Part shown: positions 57,085 through 64,000 of the stretch, one piece after another
How the letters are laid out: each line of letters opens with the position of its first letter
Position numbering within the stretch: position 1 is the stretch's first letter
Assembly: GCA_043811375.1 (NCBI GenBank)
Contig: JBDRNJ010000021.1
Span: 1 to 64,000, forward strand
DNA: 64,000 bases
Origin: a bacterium
Lineage (GTDB): Bacteria > Zixibacteria > MSB-5A5 > GN15 > FEB-12
Direction of reading: 5' to 3'
Made by a program: the position numbers and the translations under genes
Notes under the pieces: model-generated
The model's input: the letters and a program-made list of their open reading frames with translations, nothing else
Database searches by the model: none
Told to the model about the DNA's origin: nothing

Positions 57085-57885
57085 TTAGAATGGTGTGGCG
57101 AACGTGAGATTGACCTGCCGACGGCCGGCCAGTGGATTAACTTCCAGGCGCCAGGATGATCCGCCGGTGGCGCCAAAAGTATCGTCGAACGCTCGTCGTG
57201 AGCGGCGGGCGTCACGGACGGCATCGATTACCGACGCCACCCGGTTGAGAATAGCCAGGCCGATCATGAATTCCGCTCGCCGCCCAGCTTCGTGGCTGCG
57301 GTTCTTCAGATGCCGATAAATGGTCCGGTCCTGCTGATTCTTCCAGCGCCAGTGGTTGGCGCGGTTGTCGTCCAGATAGGGGCGGTCCGGGTCGTACACG
57401 CGGCCGAAAGAATTGTATTCGTCGATGTCATCATAGAATCCGACTATATCCCTAAACCATTGGTCCTTGCCGTGCAGGTCGGCGCCGGCCCGTTCGGCGG
57501 CAAAACGAATGTAGTCATTCTCCTTCCAGTTGCCGTAGATGGTAAAGCTGGCGAAGCCGATCCAGCTTAGAGCCTCAACAGCGAAGAAAACCCGGGCCTT
57601 GCGCTTATGCCCGACATAATACTCACCCCATCCCGGAAGCAGCACCGAGTACAGGGCGGCCTTGCCGACTGACTTCCTCTGATCGTCGTCTTTGCCCCAC
57701 TGGAGTCCGTCACCTTCATCCCAGTTCTCACCACCGGCGTAGAATTGGCTTCCCGTGCCGGTGGCCAGGCGGGTCTGCAGGGCGGATTGTATCGGTGTCG
57801 GTTTCAACTCTACGGCGGACGTGCCGCCGGTCAGTAACAGCGCTATTGCCGGGATCAGCAATGTCAACCTGGTCACGGGGCACAC
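57085..57885 (-). CDS. membrane/outer-membrane protein, DUF5683-like
   Basis: KS.GKAALYS.LLPGWGEYY.G; C-terminal Phe. Confidence 0.65.
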   Translation of the reverse strand: MCPVTRLTLLIPAIALLLTGGTSAVELKPTPIQSALQTRLATGTGSQFYAGGENWDEGDGLQWGKDDDQRKSVGKAALYSVLLPGWGEYYVGHKRKARVFFAVEALSWIGFASFTIYGNWKENDYIRFAAERAGADLHGKDQWFRDIVGFYDDIDEYNSFGRVYDPDRPYLDDNRANHWRWKNQQDRTIYRHLKNRSHEAGRRAEFMIGLAILNRVASVIDAVRDARRSRRAFDDTFGATGGSSWRLEVNPLAGRRQVNLTFATPF

Positions 57886-57887
57886 CT

Positions 57888-58880
57888 CTAAAACTTGTAG
57901 CTGAAGGTTACAAAGGGTGTGTCGCCGAAATTATAAACTGACTTCAGCCGGGGCTTCACGTCCAATCGCGAGATGTCCCAGGTCTCGTTTTTGATCTTGT
58001 TGTTCTGTCTTTTGACCGTGAAGAAAGCCTCAAAGGCGCTGATCAACCGGTTGGCCAACGACGCAAAGATCATGCGGCGAGCTTTGTCGAAACGCTTGTT
58101 GGCGGTGTGGCGCATCCCTTCGTAGGTATCCCGATTGGCCGAGGTCGGTACGTCTTTGACATCCAGAGTTGTAGGCGGTGGGTCGTACTGGCTGAAATTG
58201 TCCAGAGAGTCGCCACCCAGTTTGGCATCATCCCACCCCCAGGCGAACTGGTCGTATTTGCCGGTCATCTCGTAGTACTGCTGATTTCTCTCGTCCGGCA
58301 AGTGGTGCATAATCTCAGTGGATTTAATAATGTCGTCGTCGCCGACAATACCGGCGGAATCGATATCGGCCAGGCTGTCAAGTTCATGATACTCCAGCAA
58401 CTGATCCCTGTACGTCCAGCGCAGTTGTCTTTCATAGTTAGCCGGCAGCCAGTGCTCCTGGTTGAACTCTTCGTAGTCGCTGGTCAGGTCATCACCCTGA
58501 CCGTTCCACTTGAAGTACAGCACCCAGGTGGTAACCTCTAACGAGAAAAAGACAAACGGTTTGATCTTGCTCCCATAGTAACGTTGCCCCAGTCCGGGAA
58601 TGGCCAGTGAATAGAAAAACGCCCGTCCCGGCGACTTGACTTCGGGCTTGTCGCCACCGGTTATGATCCCGGACAGATCCTCAGGGTCGTTCGGGGTAGT
58701 GTTTTCATCGGTTGCCTGGAAAGCTGAAAGGTACTTGATCCGATTCTGTTCACGATCGAACAGAGACTGTTTGAGTTCCACTGCGGAGACAGTGTTGACG
58801 GTCAGAACGGCCGTCATGGTTGTTAGCAGGGCAAGGCATCTTGGGGTCATTGTTTTCTTCCTTTTGTTGTCCGTCGTCAT
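57888..58880 (-). CDS. membrane/outer-membrane protein, DUF5683-like (paralog)
   Basis: KSPGRAFFYS..IPGLGQ.Y.G, QQYYEM.GKYDQF..GWDD; C-terminal Phe. Confidence 0.65.
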   Translation of the reverse strand: MTTDNKRKKTMTPRCLALLTTMTAVLTVNTVSAVELKQSLFDREQNRIKYLSAFQATDENTTPNDPEDLSGIITGGDKPEVKSPGRAFFYSLAIPGLGQRYYGSKIKPFVFFSLEVTTWVLYFKWNGQGDDLTSDYEEFNQEHWLPANYERQLRWTYRDQLLEYHELDSLADIDSAGIVGDDDIIKSTEIMHHLPDERNQQYYEMTGKYDQFAWGWDDAKLGGDSLDNFSQYDPPPTTLDVKDVPTSANRDTYEGMRHTANKRFDKARRMIFASLANRLISAFEAFFTVKRQNNKIKNETWDISRLDVKPRLKSVYNFGDTPFVTFSYKF

Positions 58881-61800
58881 CTAATGACGGCGATATCTGT
58901 AAAGGCGGTCTCAATCTGACCGCCGAAGTCAACTTCCAGGACACAACGGTATACACCGGGTGTAACATCAGAACAATTCCAGACGAGATCATCGTGGTCG
59001 ATGCCGCCGGATATACCGGAACTGGTCAGGGCCGCCACCTGAACGCCGGACAGATCATAAATCTTCGCTTCAACCCGCTCGGCATTCTCACCGAGGAAAT
59101 ACCTGATAGTAGTCTGCCCGTCTATGACCGGGTTGGGGTAGTTATAAAATCGCTCTTCCGGCAGCAGAGTGGTATATTTCTCGGGACTGGAAAGGCCGGA
59201 CGACTCGAAGGCATACGAAGCTTCGGGGTCGTGTCCGTTCATGGGCCAGTAATTCGTGATTGTATCGAGGTCCACTTCCCAGGAATAAAACCAGCCGTCG
59301 GAGCCCAGGTAGCCTAACTTGCCGCCGGTGTAATCGGAGAATATCACCGGTGAGCCAGCCCCATAGTAGCCACCGATCCAGACCGTGGCATCAGTACCGC
59401 GCACCTGTTCGCCGCCCGACAGGGGGAAACCATACGACAGGTCGGGTCCGAACGAATAGACGTTGCCGACAAAAGTCGGAAAGATTACTTCCGGTGGACC
59501 ACCCCGGCGGATGTCGGCCAGCACCGGCGCCGCTTCAACCCGATCGTTGGGGAAACGGTCGTTGATTTCGATGGGGAAATCGGTCATGAGGGTCAGTTCC
59601 CGGTTGAAAGCGAGGATGGTGTTGAAGCCACCGACGATTATGTCCGGGTAACCGTTGTTGTCGATATCTCCGGCTACCGGGTTGGTTGTTATTCCAAAGC
59701 CGGTTTCCTTTTCGTGGAGTATCGCAAAAGTCGGGGGTGTCGAACCGGTGTCGATCGTAACCACGATAGCCTGCCCGTCAGGTGAAAAAGCGGTTAACTC
59801 CGGAGTGTCATCGCGATTCAGATCCACTACCAGCGGACCGTAATTGAAGTAACTGCCGAGAGAAAACGAGTCAGTTTCGACACCGTCAAAGCAGTACAGC
59901 CAGGTTACAGCAGCGTCTCCGGCCATGACCACCAACCGGTCGCCGAGGCGACAGAGCCCGTGGTACTCGTCATTAGTGACCGTGCCGAGTACGACGGCCG
60001 ATGATTGCAGGCCGTCTTTAAGATAGACCTGGCCCTGGTCGGTCAGGGCATAGAGAACAGTGCCGAAAGAAAGCGCTATCGGCGTCCCCTGGGTGGCAAT
60101 CTGTCCGGCCGGATCAGCCTGGCCATCCAGGTTATTGTCGTGCAGAGCCCGAATGTCGACTCGTCCGTTGTTGCTGCCGGTGGCATAACCGAAGGCTACG
60201 AAACGGTTGGTGTCGGTTAGGCCGAAATCCCCCGTTACCGGTCCGGCGCTGATCATGTCGGTTGATACCTGGGCGTACATCGGCAGCGGAAAGCGTCGGC
60301 TGTCGGCCGGGTAAACGCTGGCGACAGTAGTGTCATAGTATAGGGGGCAGGACGTGCATCCGGTGTAATTACGCAGGAAGTTCTCACCGGTTGTTGTGAT
60401 TGCCAGCAGATTCGGCCCGGACACGACAATGATCTCATCAGTGCCGTCACGATCCAGATCGTCGACTATCGGTGACAGGCCGATCAGCGGACGCCCGGCG
60501 CGGACCGGGTAACCGGTAGTCAGCCATTCCGTCTCCACATCAAACTCCATCACCGTGTCCAGCAGCACCGGGATACCGGTAATCATAGCCGTATCACGCG
60601 TGATGCCGGTAATGTAAATGTGTGTATTGTTGCCGGAGTTGTCGATTGTGGCCGGGTTGGTGTTGGGTGTAAACGAGTTAGTGCGGTCGTCACGGAACAT
60701 GTCCTCAGGTTTACCCCAACCCGAGCGATAGTAGCCGCCAAAATTAATCAGGCCGTCGGCCTCGATCAGTGTTATGAACTTGCGGCCGGGTCGCTGCTGT
60801 CTGACGTAATCCCAGGTCCATTGCAGGTCGTTGTCATCGAAATTATTCAGGCCGTCACCGTCGTAGTCCAGCCCGGCAACCGCCTCGTCAACCAGGTAAA
60901 TCAGCATCCCGCCACCGGGCATGAGAAAATCGTACTCGCCGGTGTATTCGCGATTATAATTGATCGGTCCCAGGAAGACGTTGGTGTTGGAGTCAACCCG
61001 CATGGCGGTGAGCTGACCGTCGGTTTCCACCAGCCGGTTTTCAATCAGGTAGTACTCGTTTTCCGATATCGGCACCCGGGCCACCTTGATGCCCAGTGAG
61101 GCCACTTCCGCCGCGACTATCCGGATATCACTGCCCTGGCGGTAGTCGTGTACCTCGACATATCCCAGGAAGGCGCGCGACCAGGCCGTTGGATAGAGCG
61201 GTATCGCTCCAAACACTTGTCCCACCGGGTAGTTAAAGTCGACACCGGTGCCGAAACCGTTGTTGTCCATCAGTGCAAAATCGCCCAATTGCGACATGAA
61301 TGTCTGTGTGTTGTAAAAGTCGACCAGCCCCAACTGATGACCGAACTCGTGCGCCAGGACGGCGTTCAGGGCAGTCGCCCGGTTATCCTGGCTGGCCGCT
61401 TCGGGCATCATCAACGCCGTACGCACGTAGTGGGTGCTGTCGTCAACGGCGATGGAATCGCCAAAAGCGATAAAGCCGGTGAACAGATCGGAACAACTGT
61501 TGTCCATCCAGTCCATCTGGCGATCCGTTCCAGCGTGGAACAGAATAATAGCCTCATAGTCGGAGAAATCAATCTCCGGGGACATGGCGTCGGCGGTTTG
61601 AATGCAATCAATGAAGTATTGCTCCAAACCCGATACCACTAAGTTGAAGTCGCATTTTCCGTAGTGGTTCATTGGCTGCGGCAGCTGATAGACGTTGTCG
61701 TGTTTCGGCGGGAAGATATCCCAGGACAGTGTAATTTTGCTTTCCGATACCCACTCCCAGTAGCGTCGCAGGGCGCGCATGTGGGCGTCGAAATAGGCCG

Positions 61801-62233
61801 AGTCGTGCGGGGGAGGGTCCACCCAGTGCTTGACACGATTGAAGTAGTTGATCGAGTCAACCGGATCGGCCATCGGATCGGAGAGGTCCATATGACCGTT
61901 GCCGGTGGTGTTGGGATCGTCCGGGATCTCCTGCTGGAAGTTGAACCGCAGCACCAGCACGTTGATCGTGTCCAGGAAAGTCGACTCCAGCGCCTGTTTG
62001 GGCAGCGACCAGGGATGTTTCCTTTCCAGAGCGGAACCGCCGGGCTGGTAGCGATCCGGGGTCAGGCCGCGCCGGCTGATGCGGTTGTCACCGGGTGTCT
62101 CGGCTACTCGTTGCTTCTCCATTATCAGCAGCTTGTCCTCGGCAACCACGTTTGAAGTCGCCGCCATAACGGTCATGACGACAGCAGCCGCGACGATGGT
62201 GTACTTTCTTGTTCTCAGGGTCCTATCCTCCAC
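58877..62233 (-). CDS. M6 (immune inhibitor A)-like metalloprotease + FG-GAP repeats + T9SS-like C-terminal domain
   Basis: FHAG, HEFGHQLGLVD, EYYLIENR; DLDRDG/DIDNNG repeats; YNYPNP...IYDLSG...W....PGVY...IAVIR. Confidence 0.85.
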   Translation of the reverse strand: MEDRTLRTRKYTIVAAAVVMTVMAATSNVVAEDKLLIMEKQRVAETPGDNRISRRGLTPDRYQPGGSALERKHPWSLPKQALESTFLDTINVLVLRFNFQQEIPDDPNTTGNGHMDLSDPMADPVDSINYFNRVKHWVDPPPHDSAYFDAHMRALRRYWEWVSESKITLSWDIFPPKHDNVYQLPQPMNHYGKCDFNLVVSGLEQYFIDCIQTADAMSPEIDFSDYEAIILFHAGTDRQMDWMDNSCSDLFTGFIAFGDSIAVDDSTHYVRTALMMPEAASQDNRATALNAVLAHEFGHQLGLVDFYNTQTFMSQLGDFALMDNNGFGTGVDFNYPVGQVFGAIPLYPTAWSRAFLGYVEVHDYRQGSDIRIVAAEVASLGIKVARVPISENEYYLIENRLVETDGQLTAMRVDSNTNVFLGPINYNREYTGEYDFLMPGGGMLIYLVDEAVAGLDYDGDGLNNFDDNDLQWTWDYVRQQRPGRKFITLIEADGLINFGGYYRSGWGKPEDMFRDDRTNSFTPNTNPATIDNSGNNTHIYITGITRDTAMITGIPVLLDTVMEFDVETEWLTTGYPVRAGRPLIGLSPIVDDLDRDGTDEIIVVSGPNLLAITTTGENFLRNYTGCTSCPLYYDTTVASVYPADSRRFPLPMYAQVSTDMISAGPVTGDFGLTDTNRFVAFGYATGSNNGRVDIRALHDNNLDGQADPAGQIATQGTPIALSFGTVLYALTDQGQVYLKDGLQSSAVVLGTVTNDEYHGLCRLGDRLVVMAGDAAVTWLYCFDGVETDSFSLGSYFNYGPLVVDLNRDDTPELTAFSPDGQAIVVTIDTGSTPPTFAILHEKETGFGITTNPVAGDIDNNGYPDIIVGGFNTILAFNRELTLMTDFPIEINDRFPNDRVEAAPVLADIRRGGPPEVIFPTFVGNVYSFGPDLSYGFPLSGGEQVRGTDATVWIGGYYGAGSPVIFSDYTGGKLGYLGSDGWFYSWEVDLDTITNYWPMNGHDPEASYAFESSGLSSPEKYTTLLPEERFYNYPNPVIDGQTTIRYFLGENAERVEAKIYDLSGVQVAALTSSGISGGIDHDDLVWNCSDVTPGVYRCVLEVDFGGQIETAFTDIAVIR

Positions 62234-62239
62234 AAGAAA

Positions 62240-64000
62240 TCACGGAATTATCACCGAAAAGGTCAACGGTTTGATTCCTTTCCGGGATTCATTGACATCA
62301 CTACCGAAGTAGTATCCAAAGTCGAATTTGAAGACATTTTTCATGTAGAGACCGACACCAAAGGTGAAGGTTTTCAATTTACCTTCCTCGTCATGAATGT
62401 AGCCGACCCGTCCGGCGATAGTATTGGCGTACATCACTTCCCAGCCGGTGTTGAACGTGACTTGTTTCAGCTCCTCGCTGATACCGTCTCCCAGTCCCAC
62501 CATGAGCTTATTCACTTCACTGGCGAACAGGACATAGTAGTAGTCTGACTGCAGCAGCTTGTAGGAAAAGCCCAGGGAAAGGTTGCGTGGGAGGTCGTCG
62601 GCCTGAGCGGCATCGATATAGGCCATTTTGGGTCCCAGGTTGGTCAGTGCCAGCCCGCAATTGAAGCGCAGGTTCATCTGATACAACAAGCCCACATCGA
62701 TGGCGAAGCCGGTCGAGGTACCCTGCCCCTGTTCCCGGCCGGCACCCTGGTCCGTGAGACGGGAGTAGATCACTTTGGCGGAGATACCGCCCTTAAGCTT
62801 CGAGGTCAGTGCAGTACCGTACGAACCGGACATGGAGACATCGAAGGATTCAAACTCGCCGACTACTTCCGGGCTGTTGAGAGTGCGGGCGAAGCGGCCG
62901 TATGAGATGTAGGTGATGTTGCCGCCGAAAGTGCCCCAATTGCCGCTGTTGATCGCCACCGATGCGAATCCGTAGTACAGGTCGTCAGCCAGTTCCGGCA
63001 GCCATTTGGCATACATAAAGGCGATCTCGGCCCGACCGTTGGCCTTGATGACGACCTTGTCATTGCCGGCGGCCCAGAGCCCATCGTCGTGAGAAATCAC
63101 CTGCACGGCGCTGGTTCGGTCCATTCCATACTGATAAACATGACTCCAGCCATCCTGGTCAAACTTTACCAGTCCGTCGGCAGTGGAAAAATAGACGCGG
63201 TCACGAGTGCCGCTGATGGCACGGACAGGCGTCGCTATCGGATTGCGTGGAATCTTAACCGTCCGTCCGGCAGCCAGAGGCTGTTGAGGCAGGTCGTTTA
63301 TTGCTTTGATTCTGTCAGCGAACTGACGCGCACTGGTGGAATCACGATGTCTCTTCATTCCCACCAGGTCAGACAGGGTCTGGCCATCCTCTACTATGTA
63401 CTCGCGGTAGCCGGGTGTGAACCAGCGGTCCCGGTCAAAGACCAGCAGTCCCAATTCGGTGCCGAACCAGACCTTGGTGTGGGCCGGGTAGATGGCATCG
63501 ACACGCCCCTTGATCTCGGCCACGTAAGGTACTCTCACTACGGAGCCGGGAGTCAGGTCGCCCGGTTCGAGCGGAACAACCGCAGCTTCGATCCCGGCAG
63601 TGGCAGTATCTGCAAAAGCCGCGGTGTCGCTTTCCTCAATGACGGGTTCCGGTGCGGTGTCCGCAACATCAGCAGAATCAACCTCAGCAACTGAAGGACC
63701 GGCCGAATCCGGTGTGTCACTATCAGGGATGGCAGCTTCCGGTGTCGTTTCCACGACATTTTCCGATTCAACTTCGACAACAGCCGAATCGGCTTCGGGT
63801 AGATCCCCGACACTGGTCGAGTCAACAGCAACGGCAACACCGGCGGTGTCCTCTGTTCGCTGCTGGTTGAGCAGATGGAATTTCTCTACGAACTGCTCCT
63901 GTTCGATGAGCGAACCGTAGAGAGAGAATTTCTCGGCGATCTTCTCGGGGGTGTCGTCCAGGGCCACAGTGTATTCAAAGTAGTTGGTCCAGGTCTTGCC
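62240..64000 (-). CDS. PorV-like outer-membrane barrel preceded by propeller and LysM-like segments (5'-truncated by the window edge)
   Basis: KWLPEL.DDLYY, G.S.K.IYS.L, FA.D.G.LY, N.GPK..Y.....D.LP; frame is open to position 64000. Confidence 0.8.
   Translation of the reverse strand, partial: GKTWTNYFEYTVALDDTPEKIAEKFSLYGSLIEQEQFVEKFHLLNQQRTEDTAGVAVAVDSTSVGDLPEADSAVVEVESENVVETTPEAAIPDSDTPDSAGPSVAEVDSADVADTAPEPVIEESDTAAFADTATAGIEAAVVPLEPGDLTPGSVVRVPYVAEIKGRVDAIYPAHTKVWFGTELGLLVFDRDRWFTPGYREYIVEDGQTLSDLVGMKRHRDSTSARQFADRIKAINDLPQQPLAAGRTVKIPRNPIATPVRAISGTRDRVYFSTADGLVKFDQDGWSHVYQYGMDRTSAVQVISHDDGLWAAGNDKVVIKANGRAEIAFMYAKWLPELADDLYYGFASVAINSGNWGTFGGNITYISYGRFARTLNSPEVVGEFESFDVSMSGSYGTALTSKLKGGISAKVIYSRLTDQGAGREQGQGTSTGFAIDVGLLYQMNLRFNCGLALTNLGPKMAYIDAAQADDLPRNLSLGFSYKLLQSDYYYVLFASEVNKLMVGLGDGISEELKQVTFNTGWEVMYANTIAGRVGYIHDEEGKLKTFTFGVGLYMKNVFKFDFGYYFGSDVNESRKGIKPLTFSVIIP

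Noticed and set aside
1..64000. CRISPR array, tRNA, rRNA, transposase or prophage genes
   Set aside because: No regularly spaced direct repeats, cloverleafs, rRNA signatures or such proteins were recognised by eye.

Overview
Gene-dense, mostly minus-strand bacterial chromosomal segment. Dockerin-type repeats, T9SS-like C-terminal domains, a PorV-like barrel, bacillithiol genes and type IV pilus genes together suggest an FCB-group diderm, probably candidate phylum Zixibacteria (inference only). Order along the window: a small accessory tail of orphan genes interleaved with REP-like hairpins (1-2455); an atypical sucCD pair; a type IVa pilus assembly operon (pilM-N-O, AMIN-PilP fusion, AMIN-less pilQ, Ig-repeat lipoprotein); a solo FimT/GspH-like pilin; an S8 protease with PKD, cohesin-like and dockerin domains; an omptin; a LolA-like protein; a large CTD-bearing secreted protein; tryptophanase followed by a lipoprotein gene interrupted by an in-frame TAG; a propeller protein, M20 amidohydrolase and endonuclease V lacking one catalytic Asp, preceded by a promoter-hairpin-U-tract leader; TetR-TolC-MFP-RND running directly into bshC-bshA-bshB1; corA; an expanded MoxR-DUF58-BatABCDE locus; a DGGGP-synthase-like UbiA; and an outer-membrane cluster (Omp85, very large barrel protein, NHL lipoprotein, two paralogous membrane proteins, M6 metalloprotease with CTD, PorV-like barrel fused to propeller/LysM-like segments, cut by the window edge). 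I found no rRNA, tRNA, CRISPR array, transposase or integrase. All family calls are from motif recognition by eye, not from database searches.
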